From Clostridiales bacterium (lineage in GTDB: Bacteria; Bacillota; Clostridia; Christensenellales; Pumilibacteraceae), in contig SVHR01000001.1 of NCBI GenBank assembly GCA_015055705.1, forward strand, positions 1 to 54,309: a stretch of 54,309 bases of DNA, in the 5' to 3' direction. The first letter of the stretch is position 1. Every line of letters begins with the position of its first letter. The notes beneath the pieces were generated by a model. The model did not search any database and had not been told where the DNA came from. It was given only the letters and a program-made list of their open reading frames with translations. The translations under genes and the position numbers were made by a program. This document shows positions 17,066-27,700 of the stretch, piece after piece.

Positions 17066-19288
17066 ATGCGTAACAAAATTTTTATGTACGTTTGCTTTGC
17101 AGTTGTAATTCTGGTGCTTTCCTTTGCGGATTTTATGGACGTTTCGCCGCTTGGGGTGGGTGCTCTTATTGCCGCGCTTGTGCTAAGGCTAAACGTACCC
17201 ATTTTGTCGCTTTTTTTGGTGCTGAGTGGATTAATAAAATTTTCGTGGCTAAATCTGGCGTACAATGGGGTGGCGGCTCTCTTGCTGTCAGGCGTGTGGC
17301 TTTTAGATAAAAAGGTTGGATTACGTGACTTATATTTGGTGCTGACTGCATTTGTTGCACAGCTTGGACTTGTCATTGCAGGCATTGTTATAAAGTGCAG
17401 CATGGTCGCCGTAGTTGTAAGTGTGTTTTTGTCATTGGTTTTTGCTTTTTTATGTTACAGCGTTGGTATTCCTATAATCAAAAATAAGCTTAAATACAAG
17501 CTTCTCGACAGCGAAATCATCTCGGGCGGTATAGTTACCGTAGCGTTTGCTTATGGGCTTGCGAGTATTCCGATTCCTTTCCCGATTGTAGTAGTAGCTT
17601 TTGCGGTTGCCGTGCTTACAGCCGCTAAGATATTTGGCGGAGGTGCGCTTGGACTTGGATTGTGCTTTGCGCTTGGATATGCACTCAGCGGTGGAGTAGA
17701 GCTGGTTGGCGCATTTGCGCTTATGTCGCTTATGTCGTTGATGTTCATTCCCGCGCCGCGCGTGCTGTCGGTGCTTTCGCTTATTATGGCATTTATAATG
17801 TATACCTTTTTCTTCAATGTTGTACCTGACAGGGCTTGGATGTGGCTGGTTGCTATAGCTGTTGGCGGCGGTGCGTATATGGCAATTCCTAAGACGACGA
17901 TAGCAAGGGCAGTGGAATTTTTTAGGCCAAACGGCAGAAAGGTGCTCCGGGCAATGATAAACCGCAACCGCGTTGCCGTAGGCGTAAAGCTTCGTTCGGT
18001 CAGCGATGTATTTGCGGGAATGAGCATGACCATGCTAAGCGACAATGTTTCGGTTAGCGATGCCGACGTAAATATTCTTAAGGAAGAGCTTGTGGGTAGG
18101 GTGTGCGCGCTGTGCCGCAAGCATGAGGTGTGCGCGGCGGCAGGGATTATGGCAAACGTGGGCACCGTTATGGAATGCGCCATTGACAGCGGCAGAGCAA
18201 CGGTTGCCGAGCTTCCCGACAGTATAAAAAGCAGTTGCATAGCGATTGCGCCTCTAATATCGACCTCTGCCGAGCTTGCCGAAGGGTTTACGAGGCGGCT
18301 TAACGAGTTAAAAACGCTTAGTAGTGCAAAAAAAATGGTGGGCTCGCAGCTTAGGGGGATATCTGATATCTTGGCTTCACTTGCGGTCAAGGAGGCTGAG
18401 CCACTTCGCTTTGACGAGGGGTTAGAGCGCAAAATCGCCGAGGAGCTTACGTATCGCGCTGTGGTGACGTCCGAGGCGCTTGTTACGGGCGGAGCTTCTC
18501 CGTGCGTTATGCTGACGGTGCTGAGCGAAACGGTTAACAAGGACGTTATAAGGGTGGTGCTAAAAAAAATGCTGGGTGTGCCTTTCGCAATTACAAAAAC
18601 CGAAAAAAGTGAGCTTTCGGGTTGGACGGTTGTTTATGCTCAGACAAAGCCCAAGTTCGACGTTGTATTTTCGGTGTGCGGGTGTGCCAAGGACAAAAGC
18701 GGCGTAAGCGGAGATACACACTCTTTTGTGAAAATAGACGAGCGCAGATTTTTGATGGCGGTGTGTGACGGAATGGGTAGCGGCGAGCGTGCCAACGAGT
18801 TTTCGGCGGCGACCATCGGACTGATAGAGAACTTTTATAAGGCAGATTTTGGGCATGCCTTGGTTCTAAGCAGTGTCAACAGCTTTTTGTCGCTTTCAGC
18901 TGAGGAAATTTACAGTGCGGTGGATATAGTGGTGGTGGATCTCGAAAGCGGTACGTGCGATATTATAAAGATAGGTTCGCCAACAAGCTTTATAAAAACC
19001 AAGGACAGCGTTTTGAGGGTGGAGGGAGAGTCGCTTCCCATCGGCGTTTTGGAGGAAATGAAGCCCACTATCGTAAGCTATCCCCTTAAGGGCGGCGAAA
19101 CGGTAGTGATAACTACCGACGGTGCGGTAGACAGCTATCCGCCCGATGGGCTTGCAGACGTTATAAACAACGGTAGTAAGCTACCCGACGAGCTGTGTAA
19201 AACGGTGGTAAACGGTGCGATAAAAAACACGGGCGCTCCGTGTGACGATATTACCGTTGCCGCCTTTCATATTTTTGAAAGCATGTAG
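17066..19288 (+). CDS. spoIIE: Stage II sporulation protein E (membrane-anchored PP2C phosphatase)
   Basis: AAAGAGG lies before ATG 17066. The track start ATG 17039 overlaps a TATAAT box (17042-17047). About 10 N-terminal TM helices are followed by a C-terminal PP2C domain GVSGDTHSF...MAVCDGMGSGERANEFS...VVITTDGAVD. Confidence 0.85.
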   Translation: MRNKIFMYVCFAVVILVLSFADFMDVSPLGVGALIAALVLRLNVPILSLFLVLSGLIKFSWLNLAYNGVAALLLSGVWLLDKKVGLRDLYLVLTAFVAQLGLVIAGIVIKCSMVAVVVSVFLSLVFAFLCYSVGIPIIKNKLKYKLLDSEIISGGIVTVAFAYGLASIPIPFPIVVVAFAVAVLTAAKIFGGGALGLGLCFALGYALSGGVELVGAFALMSLMSLMFIPAPRVLSVLSLIMAFIMYTFFFNVVPDRAWMWLVAIAVGGGAYMAIPKTTIARAVEFFRPNGRKVLRAMINRNRVAVGVKLRSVSDVFAGMSMTMLSDNVSVSDADVNILKEELVGRVCALCRKHEVCAAAGIMANVGTVMECAIDSGRATVAELPDSIKSSCIAIAPLISTSAELAEGFTRRLNELKTLSSAKKMVGSQLRGISDILASLAVKEAEPLRFDEGLERKIAEELTYRAVVTSEALVTGGASPCVMLTVLSETVNKDVIRVVLKKMLGVPFAITKTEKSELSGWTVVYAQTKPKFDVVFSVCGCAKDKSGVSGDTHSFVKIDERRFLMAVCDGMGSGERANEFSAATIGLIENFYKADFGHALVLSSVNSFLSLSAEEIYSAVDIVVVDLESGTCDIIKIGSPTSFIKTKDSVLRVEGESLPIGVLEEMKPTIVSYPLKGGETVVITTDGAVDSYPPDGLADVINNGSKLPDELCKTVVNGAIKNTGAPCDDITVAAFHIFESM

Positions 19289-19293
19289 CTAGG

Positions 19294-19322
19294 TTGACAA
19301 AACGGCATATCTGTCGTATAAT
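19294..19322 (+). promoter_or_regulatory. Perfect consensus sigma-A promoter for the glucokinase gene
   Basis: TTGACA (19294-19299), 17-nt spacer, TATAAT (19317-19322). Confidence 0.7.
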
Positions 19323-19348
19323 ATACGCAAACATAAAAGAGGTGAAAT

Positions 19349-20284
19349 ATGGGCGTAATAGCAGGAGTAGATATCGGCGGGACAAAAACAAAAATCGGTA
19401 TAATGGCGGATAAGCTTGTAAGCACGGTGATTGATACGCCTAAAGATGCACAAAAGCTTATAGACGTTATTGCAAAAACGTTACAGAGCTTTGAATATAA
19501 TATAGATTCCGTAGGAGTAGGCGTGCCCGGTGCTGTGGATGAGTGCGGCAGGGTAAGCTACATGCCCAACCTAGGTTTTCGCGATTTTGATATTGCTTCG
19601 CCTCTTTCGCAAAAGGTGAGAGCAAGGGTATTTGTTATCAACGATGCAAATGCGGCGGCTTTAGCCGAGTGTCAAGACGGCGGCTTTACCGATGCGGTTA
19701 TGCTAACTCTCGGCACAGGGGTAGGCGGCGGAGTAGTGATGGGCGGAAAGGTTTTCGATGGCAAATTCGGCAAGGCGGCAGAGCTTGGACATATTATTAT
19801 AGACGTTGACGGCAAAGTGTGCGGCTGTGGCAATCGCGGCTGCTTGGAGGCTTACGCTTCGGCTTCGGCGCTCATACGGCGAGCAAAGGAAGAAATGGAA
19901 AAAAACAAGCACTCGGCTTTGTGGAAGCTTTGCGGCGGCATAGACAATGTTGACGGTGCGGCGGTGTTTGCGGCAGCAAAACAAGGGGACGTATCTGCAA
20001 AATCCGTACTAAGCGAGTACATAAGGTATTTGAGTATAGGTGTTGTAAACGTTTGTAATATTTTTAGACCTCAAGCAGTAATTATAGGTGGGGGAATAAG
20101 CAATCAGGGAGAAGATTTGCTTGAGCCGCTTCGTGTCGAGTGTGAAAGACTTAATTACGGCTACGTGGGCGCACACAAGCCTGTTTTGCTCGCGGCAAAA
20201 TTGGGCGCGCTTAGTGGAATGTATGGCGCAATAGCGTTTGCAAAAAGCAAGTTAAGCGAGGCGCAAACAAGAAAATTATCATAA
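19349..20284 (+). CDS. glk: ROK-family glucokinase
   Basis: GVDIGGTKTKIG is the ATP-binding motif. GHIIIDVDGKVCGCGNRGCLEAYAS is the ROK zinc motif. Confidence 0.9.
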   Translation: MGVIAGVDIGGTKTKIGIMADKLVSTVIDTPKDAQKLIDVIAKTLQSFEYNIDSVGVGVPGAVDECGRVSYMPNLGFRDFDIASPLSQKVRARVFVINDANAAALAECQDGGFTDAVMLTLGTGVGGGVVMGGKVFDGKFGKAAELGHIIIDVDGKVCGCGNRGCLEAYASASALIRRAKEEMEKNKHSALWKLCGGIDNVDGAAVFAAAKQGDVSAKSVLSEYIRYLSIGVVNVCNIFRPQAVIIGGGISNQGEDLLEPLRVECERLNYGYVGAHKPVLLAAKLGALSGMYGAIAFAKSKLSEAQTRKLS

Positions 20285-20299
20285 AATACCCTAATTAGG

Positions 20300-20329
20300 G
20301 CAGCTGTTAGGGCGAAGACAGTTGCTTTT
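20300..20329 (+). terminator. Probable terminator after glk
   Basis: GCAGCTGT ... ACAGTTGC stem (one G-U pair) followed by TTTT. Confidence 0.5.
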
Positions 20330-20408
20330 GATTAAGTTATATGATACAATAGTATAGTAAGGGTATCAACCTAAAACTGACGGCTGATATAGCCGACAAG
20401 GAGGCGGT

Positions 20409-21929
20409 ATGGGCAAAGTATTGATGTCTAAAATAAAGGAAGCGTTGTTTTCCGTTTTGCCTGTTGCCGCAATAGTACTTATTATGTCATTCACTCCGCT
20501 TGTGGAAGTAAATTCTCGGGAGCGAATGATTTTTATTTTGTCTGCACTTTTTTTGGTGCTTGGCATAGGATTGTTCAATCTCGGAGCAGACCTAGCTATG
20601 ACTCCTATGGGCGAAAACGTGGGCGTAGGTCTTACCAAGTCCAAAAAGCTCAGCCTTCTTTTGGTCGTTTGCTTTATTATGGGTGTGCTGATTACGGTTG
20701 CCGAGCCCGATCTGTCGGTGCTTGCCGAGCAGGTTGGCGCGGTTATCAACAGCACCTTGCTTATCGTCACGGTAGGCGTTGGCGTAGGACTGTTTTTGCT
20801 CATTGCAATCTTAAAAATTGTATTCAAGGGTGACCTTTCGGCACTGCTTATATTCTTCTATCTTATGCTTTTTGCAATAACGACGATGCTTATCGAAAGC
20901 GGCAACGGCAGTTATTTGCCGCTTGGCTTTGATTCTGGCGGTGTAACAACGGGGCCCATAACCGTACCGTTTATAATGGCGCTTGGCGTGGGCGTTGCGG
21001 CAACGATAGGCGGCAAAAAGTCCAAAGAAAACAGCTTCGGTCTTGTTGCGCTTTGCTCGATAGGTCCCATTCTTGCCGTAATGATGCTTGCACTCACCTC
21101 ATCGGGCTCGCCCATTTACGAGCTTCCTGCCGAATCTTACTCGTTTGGTACGGAGGTGAGTGCTGTGATTCTTCACTCACTTAAGGCGGTGGCTCAAGCA
21201 CTTGGGCTTATCGTTCTGTTCTTCTTTGTTTTGCAGTTTACGGTGCTAAAGCTTCCGCGCAAAAAAATCATACAAATTATAGTGGGTATAGTTTATACCT
21301 TTGTGGGACTTGTTATGTTCCTTTCGGCGGTAGAAATCGGCTTTATGCCCATGGGCTTCAAAATCGGTCAGCAGATTGCCAATAGCGGCTCAGCCGTGCT
21401 GATTGTATTTGGCTTTATCATCGGTCTTGTTGTCGTGCTTGCGGAGCCTGCCGTTCACGTCCTAAACAATCAGGTCGAGGAGATAACGGGTGGAGCTGTC
21501 AAAAAGCGATCTATGCTTATTGCATTGTCGGTGGGCGTGGGTGTGTCTATTGCGCTTGCTATGATACGAATCGTGTACCGCTTTTCACTTTTGTATTACG
21601 TTATTCCGGGCTATTTGATTTCGCTGGGACTGTCGTTCTTTGTGCCCAAAATTTATACGGCAATAGCGTTCGACTCGGGCGGAGTAGCAAGCGGACCGCT
21701 GACGTCCAGCTTTATTTTGCCGCTTGCCATTGGTGCTTGCGAGGCACTTTGCGGCGTAAGCGAGGTTATGAGCTTTGCATTTGGCGTAGTTGCTCTCGTT
21801 GCCATGACGCCGCTTATTACCATTCAGGCGCTCGGCTTTAGGGCTGTTGTCACCGAAAAGGTTCACAAAAAGCTTACCATGCGCAGAATTTTGCGTGCGG
21901 ACGACGAGCAAATCATCAACTTTATGTAA
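20409..21929 (+). CDS. DUF1538-type integral membrane protein, two tandem copies of the domain (506 aa)
   Basis: AAGGAGG RBS. Both halves share the motifs LGADLAMTPMGENVG / SAVEIGFMPMGFKIG, VAEPDLSVLAEQV / LAEPAVHVLNNQV and GFDSGGVTTGPITVPF / AFDSGGVASGPLTSSF. Confidence 0.85.
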   Translation: MGKVLMSKIKEALFSVLPVAAIVLIMSFTPLVEVNSRERMIFILSALFLVLGIGLFNLGADLAMTPMGENVGVGLTKSKKLSLLLVVCFIMGVLITVAEPDLSVLAEQVGAVINSTLLIVTVGVGVGLFLLIAILKIVFKGDLSALLIFFYLMLFAITTMLIESGNGSYLPLGFDSGGVTTGPITVPFIMALGVGVAATIGGKKSKENSFGLVALCSIGPILAVMMLALTSSGSPIYELPAESYSFGTEVSAVILHSLKAVAQALGLIVLFFFVLQFTVLKLPRKKIIQIIVGIVYTFVGLVMFLSAVEIGFMPMGFKIGQQIANSGSAVLIVFGFIIGLVVVLAEPAVHVLNNQVEEITGGAVKKRSMLIALSVGVGVSIALAMIRIVYRFSLLYYVIPGYLISLGLSFFVPKIYTAIAFDSGGVASGPLTSSFILPLAIGACEALCGVSEVMSFAFGVVALVAMTPLITIQALGFRAVVTEKVHKKLTMRRILRADDEQIINFM

Positions 21930-21934
21930 GGAGG

Positions 21935-22360
21935 GTGACTGTGGAAAAAAACACCAAAAAATTCAAAATAAAGCGTGCTACGCCCAAGCCCGCCGAGCAT
22001 AAGGTTGCAAAGCTTGAGCTTCTTGTGACCGTAGTAAACAGGGCAAAGGGTGAATTTTACGCCGATCTTATTCAATCATTTGATGTCAATATGCAGCTGT
22101 TTTGCCTTGGCAAGGGTACGGCAAGAGCAGAGGTGCTGCGCTACCTCGGCCTTGCAGATACGCAAAAGGCTGTAATTTTCAGCGTGATACGCAAGGATAA
22201 GGTGGAAAATGCGCTTTCGGTGCTTGGCGAAAAATTTAACACCATAAAAAACGGCAAGGGAATAGCATTTACCGTGCCTATGAGCAGCATTATCGGAGTA
22301 GCAATTTACGGATTTTTGAGTGATAACCGCGATACGGTTAGGGAGGACAACAATGGATAA
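21935..22360 (+). CDS. PII-like (GlnB-fold) signal-transduction protein, paralog 1
   Basis: GGAGG lies directly after the DUF1538 stop. The start is GTG 21935 or, more likely by spacing, GTG 21941. LELLVTVVNRAKGEFYADLIQS ... GKGIAFTVPMSSIIG has a ferredoxin-like PII pattern. Confidence 0.75.
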   Translation: MTVEKNTKKFKIKRATPKPAEHKVAKLELLVTVVNRAKGEFYADLIQSFDVNMQLFCLGKGTARAEVLRYLGLADTQKAVIFSVIRKDKVENALSVLGEKFNTIKNGKGIAFTVPMSSIIGVAIYGFLSDNRDTVREDNNG

Positions 22361-22706
22361 CAAGCACGAGCTTATTCTTTGCATAGTAAACGCAGGCTTT
22401 TCGGATACCGTTATGGACGTAGCGTACGAATGCGGCGCTCGCGGCGGAACGGTAATTCAGGCGCGTGGCACAGCTAATAAGGAGGCAGAGCAGTTTTTCA
22501 AAATCACCATCGAGCCCGAAAAGGAAATGCTTATGCTGGTTGTGCCGTCTACAATCAAGGATACAATTTTGCATGCTCTTTACCGCCAGGTGGGACTCAA
22601 TTCGCCCGGCCACGGCATAGCCTTTTCGCTTCCTATCAACAACGTGGTGGGACTTGCCGCGGACGGACATATCTTGGATAAGCAAGAGGACGAAAAGGAC
22701 GAATAG
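22353..22706 (+). CDS. PII-like (GlnB-fold) signal-transduction protein, paralog 2
   Basis: GGGAGG lies before ATG 22353, with an 8-nt overlap with the upstream stop (ATGGATAA). ELILCIVNAGFSDTVMDVAYECGARGGTVIQARGT ... GHGIAFSLPINNVVG parallels canonical PII KIEAII...GMTVxxVxG...GDGKIFVxPV. Confidence 0.8.
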   Translation: MDNKHELILCIVNAGFSDTVMDVAYECGARGGTVIQARGTANKEAEQFFKITIEPEKEMLMLVVPSTIKDTILHALYRQVGLNSPGHGIAFSLPINNVVGLAADGHILDKQEDEKDE

Positions 22707-22801
22707 CACAAGAAGTTTAAAAGCATACTCTTGAGGCAAATATGCAAGCGTTTAAAAAGCTGGTTGATTAAGCGAGCAAAAAAACAAACATACGTATATA
22801 A

Positions 22802-22838
22802 AAAACGGTGTCTATTTTTGATGGACACCGTTTTATGT
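22802..22838 (+). terminator. Rho-independent terminator closing the DUF1538-PII operon
   Basis: AAAACGGTGTC / GACACCGTTTT 11-bp stem with an 11-nt loop and a T-tail. Confidence 0.7.
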
Positions 22839-23010
22839 TGTTAATAAGGTAATAGCGCTTGATTTTTGTTTGCCGTTTTCAAAAGCCGACCGTAGAGTAG
22901 GTTGGCAAGGTGTGACAAGTTTACAAATTTTAAAAAACGCCTATTGACAGTGTGATAAATGTATGGTAAAATATACATTAGTTAGTAATAAAATATATAG
23001 AGGTAGAACC

Positions 23011-24102
23011 ATGAAAAAGATATTGACCTTGATAGGGCTTATGATAATAGTAGCTTGCTCGGTAATGATAGTGTCGTCTTGCGAAAATACCGATTGGGGA
23101 GAGGGTGACGGCGACCCCAGCTTGCTTGAATTTGAGCTGTCCGAGGACGGAACGTACTACTCCGTAGCAGGAATCGGCGACTACGTAGGCACACATTTGG
23201 TTATCCCCGAGGAGTATAAGGGACTGCCCGTGAAGGAGATTAGACGCGGAGTTTTTTCTGCTAGTTTCCTTACTATTGGAGACGAGAACAAAATTGAATT
23301 AGATGCTCCATGGCTTAAAGCAATAACAATAACAAACAATATTACAAAAATAGGATATGGGTCTTTTTCTGGTTCTAACATTGAACAAATAAATATAGGC
23401 AGTGGTATAAGTGCTATAGATAGAAGGGCTTTTACGGGAACAAATAATCTTAAGCAGATAAATGTAAGCAAAAAAAATCAAAGCTACATGACGAAGAAAG
23501 GAGTGCTGTACTCTAAGGATGGAAAAAAGTTAATAAAATACCCTGAGCAAAAAAAAGATTCGTCGTTTAGAACGCCATACAAGGTAATCGATATAGAAGA
23601 GTATGCGTTTGTGGGTGCTGTTAATCTTAAAAAGGTAAAGATAGGAAACAATGTAATTAGCATAGGAGAATTTGCCTTTTTTACTACAAGCATAGAGGAA
23701 GTAAAAATATCGGATAGCGTGGAGACGGTTGGATTGGGCGCATTTGAGCAATGCAAACAGCTTAGTAAAGTAAAGTTAGGAAGTGGACTTACTGAAATTG
23801 CGCAGGAAGCGTTTGCAAGTTGTCATAAATTGAAAGAGATTGTCATTCCAAAAAACATAAAAACAATTAGGGCGGCCGCACTTTGCAGTGGTCAATTAAG
23901 CAAAATATTTTTTGATGGGACAGAGACAGAGTGGAATGAAGTTTACCTTGATACAAAGCTTTATGGTATTATGGGCAAAATTGATGAATGTCCTCCTTTT
24001 TTTGAAACTACTCAAGTATATTGTTATAGCAAAGAAAAGCCAAGTAACGATGGCAACTACTGGCGATATGTGTTTGGTGTACCAACTGTTTGGAAGAACT
24101 AA
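23011..24102 (+). CDS. BspA-type LRR surface lipoprotein (smaller paralog)
   Basis: ATG 23011 follows AGAGGTAG. The signal/lipobox is MKKILTLIGLMIIVACS...SSC. LRR units include ITITNNITKIGYGSFSGSNIEQINIGSGISAI. The C-terminal tail is YCYSKEKPSNDGNYWRYVFGVPTVW. Confidence 0.85.
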   Translation: MKKILTLIGLMIIVACSVMIVSSCENTDWGEGDGDPSLLEFELSEDGTYYSVAGIGDYVGTHLVIPEEYKGLPVKEIRRGVFSASFLTIGDENKIELDAPWLKAITITNNITKIGYGSFSGSNIEQINIGSGISAIDRRAFTGTNNLKQINVSKKNQSYMTKKGVLYSKDGKKLIKYPEQKKDSSFRTPYKVIDIEEYAFVGAVNLKKVKIGNNVISIGEFAFFTTSIEEVKISDSVETVGLGAFEQCKQLSKVKLGSGLTEIAQEAFASCHKLKEIVIPKNIKTIRAAALCSGQLSKIFFDGTETEWNEVYLDTKLYGIMGKIDECPPFFETTQVYCYSKEKPSNDGNYWRYVFGVPTVWKN

Positions 24103-24216
24103 CGAGTGCGGTGTTTTATAAAAACATATATGGAACAGTTTTTAAAAAATATTTACAAATAGGGAAACTTAAGAGCAAAAACACTGATATATAGTAGATA
24201 AAAAAGGAGGTAAAAA

Positions 24217-24753
24217 ATGAAAAAGAAAATTATTATTCCTATAGTGGCGGTAGTTTTGGTGGTAGTTATAGCCATATTGGGCGTCAATATTTATAACGGG
24301 CGCATTCCGTTTAATTACAAATTAGACGTAAATTCAAGAGCTTATCTTCAAGCATATTATTTAGAAGAAAATACGGTACGTGGGGCTTATTACCAAAACC
24401 CTGACTATACCGGTGGGGAGGGTCAATATCAATTTTATCAGGATAAGACATCACCAAAAACGATAACAACGATTATCACAGATGAAGAATCCTTTAATCA
24501 AATTTTTAAAGAAAATTATTTGGATATAAGCTTTGATAAAGAGATGGTAATATTGCACGTTTTTGCTAGCAGCGATCCTGCCAATGAATATAAGATTACT
24601 AAAATGACTTTGGATAAAGAAGATGTGTTAAGAATAGATTACAAGCTTAAATTAACTGATAAAAAAGGCGGAGCAATGCCCGGTGCGATTTGTTTTTTGG
24701 TAAAAATGAAAAAAACAGACGTTAAGGCTGTAGAGTTTGTTGAACAAAGATAA
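24217..24753 (+). CDS. Hypothetical N-terminally membrane-anchored protein (178 aa)
   Basis: AAGGAGG RBS. There is a single N-terminal TM (IIIPIVAVVLVVVIAILGV). No family was recognised. Confidence 0.7.
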   Translation: MKKKIIIPIVAVVLVVVIAILGVNIYNGRIPFNYKLDVNSRAYLQAYYLEENTVRGAYYQNPDYTGGEGQYQFYQDKTSPKTITTIITDEESFNQIFKENYLDISFDKEMVILHVFASSDPANEYKITKMTLDKEDVLRIDYKLKLTDKKGGAMPGAICFLVKMKKTDVKAVEFVEQR

Positions 24754-24766
24754 AGGGAGAAAGAAT

Positions 24767-27700
24767 ATGAGAAAGAATAAATCATTAAGAAATATAATTG
24801 GACTTGCTTTTATAATTACGCTATTTTTTGTTGGTTATATAGGTGTTAAAAATTGTAATGTTTATGCGGATACTATAAATGAAGAGTTCTTTTTTAGCCA
24901 GGTAGGACAAAATGAAAGCAATGAAATAAGCAAATACAAAAATATAATAGAAGATTTTGTTAAACCTGTTTTTGGGGATAAAAAAGTAAGCTCTTGTGAG
25001 TACGCATATAATTTGGACGATAGCGCAGATTATATATTTGTTGAATTTGAAAACGGTGGATATGCAATATATTCTAAATATACAATGGAAATTTTAGAGT
25101 ATAGCTTGTATGGTAGCTTACCCTATCAAGATAGCATGGATAAAAAATATTATGCGGGACCATCGAATTATTTGCACAAAAGCGACAATCAATTATACAA
25201 TACACTTTCGGGTGAAAGGATAGATATGGTTGAGTCAGAAAAATTAGCCTTTGCTCAGCAAACCAGAAGCGCTACCGGCAACGAAGCAGAGCTGAATTTT
25301 GACGTAGAATTAATTAATGAAACAGAAATAAATCAAGTTGAAACAAATGAGGTTGTAATGTCAGAGGCTGCCTCACCTAAAATGGATGAAGACAATTTAA
25401 TTGCTGCATCAACGGAAGCCGGGTATTTAATTCCTAATTATAATTATTTTATTTGTAGACCTACAATCGGAAATAATAGCGAGGGTGGCATATATGGAAA
25501 TGGAAATTCGGGAACATGTGGACCTATAGCTGCTCAGCTTCTTTTGGGGTATCATAATTATTATACACATAGAGGAATTATTGAAGATAGATTCTTAAAT
25601 GGGTATAGTGATCAAGAAAATGCAGTGACAATTCCCTATGCAAATCCTAATCATTGTTCTGATCCATACAGTATGACAAATCTAACTACAGGAACAAGAA
25701 GCGAAGACACGGGAGATAACAGTTTTTATTCAGAAATGGTGACTCGCATTATGGAGCCTAATACACATGGGGCAAGTCACGAAAAAGTTAAAAGCGGAAT
25801 AGAGGAATATTTAAGTTATCGGTTATCTTCAAGTGAATTTTCTGTTAATTATGAGGAGAAAGATTGGTGGTTTGGTTACTCGCCTATTGATTTTTCTATA
25901 ATAAAAGAGGAATTGGATTCTGGCAGGCCTATAATCATAAGTACGGATTCAGATTTAGGTGCCAATAATCATTATGTTGTGGGATATGGGTATCAAAGTT
26001 ATACATATCCCGACGGTAGTGGTACATATAATGGCTATGTTGTTCATATGGGGTGGAAAAGGGAGAATAAGAATTATGAGAGTATTTGGATAAATTCAAG
26101 TTGGTGCAATGGATATGTTTCATTGGCGATAAACCATACACATAATTATAATATCATAAAGACATACAGTCACAAAATTGATGACGAAAATGATGACAAA
26201 ATTGACGAAAATATTTTTATTGAACTTAAATGTGGAGAATGCGGGCATAGGACATTAGATAATAATTATTTGATAAATGAAGAGGGTATAATAACAGGAC
26301 ATAGGAATACTGTGAAAAATTCATTAGATATACCTGCAGAAATAGACGGTATAGCGGTTACAGGAATAGGCGCAAATGCTTTTGAAAATTGTGCAAACGT
26401 AACGAGCATAACCTTACCATCCGGGCTGCAGAGCATAGGAGATTATGCATTTAATGGGTGTAGTAGTGCAATGAGTATAACCTTACCGCAGGGGTTGGAA
26501 AGCATAGGTAATTATGCATTTAATGGATGCTATAGTATAACGGAGCTTGATTTGCCAAATAGCGTACAAAGTATAGGAAATTATGCATTTAACGGTTGTA
26601 GTATTATTACCGAGTTAACCTTGCCCAGCGGTTTGCAAAGTATAGGTAATTTTGCGTTTGGCGGTATTGGAATAACGTCGATACGAATTCCTGCTTCCGT
26701 AACGAATATTGGGAATGGAGCGTTCTTTGGCGCAACCTTTAGTGAAATAGTAATAGAAAGTGGCAACACAAGCTTTAGACAAGGCGTAAATGCTATTTTC
26801 AGAGAGTCGAATAAAACCCTAATAGCGGCATTAGGCTCGTGTCAAATTCCTGATGATACGGCTATAATTGGAAGCGGGGCATATTTAGGCACGGCAATAG
26901 AGGAAATCACAATACCCGCAAGTGTAGTAACAATAAATAACGGAGCTTTTTGGAATTGTGAGAATTTGACAACAATATGGCTAATGAGAACTGCCGAATT
27001 GGGGACTACCGTAATATGGGATATGTATAGTGGAGAAATAACAGATGTGTATCCCAGCTTAGAGGGTATTATTGCTCCTGACTTAGAAAGCTATATTGAA
27101 TATGAGCGTTTTTCTTTGATGATGGGAAATTTAAGTGGGTACCTTACCTGTGACCCGGGACCGTTCAGGTATGAAAAGTCGCTTCTTGGAACGTATACAA
27201 TAAGCAAGGGTGAGGGTGAATTGGTAGGAGATATAGTAATTCCGGCAGCCTTTAACAATAAGCCTGTAGTTAAAATAGCAGATTTTGGGTTTAGCGATTG
27301 TGATCAATTGACATCAGTAGTTATAACGCCAAACATGCTAACGGATATAGGAGACAATGCGTTTTATCATTGTGATTTGCTGTATTCGGTTCAGATGCCG
27401 GACAGAGTAAGTAACATAGGAGAAAATGCGTTTGCTTATTGCGGCTCATTACATTCCATACAAATACCAAGCAGTATAACGAGCATAGGAGATGGCGCGT
27501 TTGCAGAATGCTATATGTTGTCGTATGTTTATTTGCCCGAAAACGTTGTTGACATAAACGATGGGGTATTTGCAAATTGCAACAATTTGTATGGCATTAT
27601 AGTGCCTAACAAAGCAGCTACATACAACGGCTATGTTGAGCAATTCAGCGACACAGACCTAAAAAACATGGTGCAATGCGAGAAAAACGGACTTGATTTT

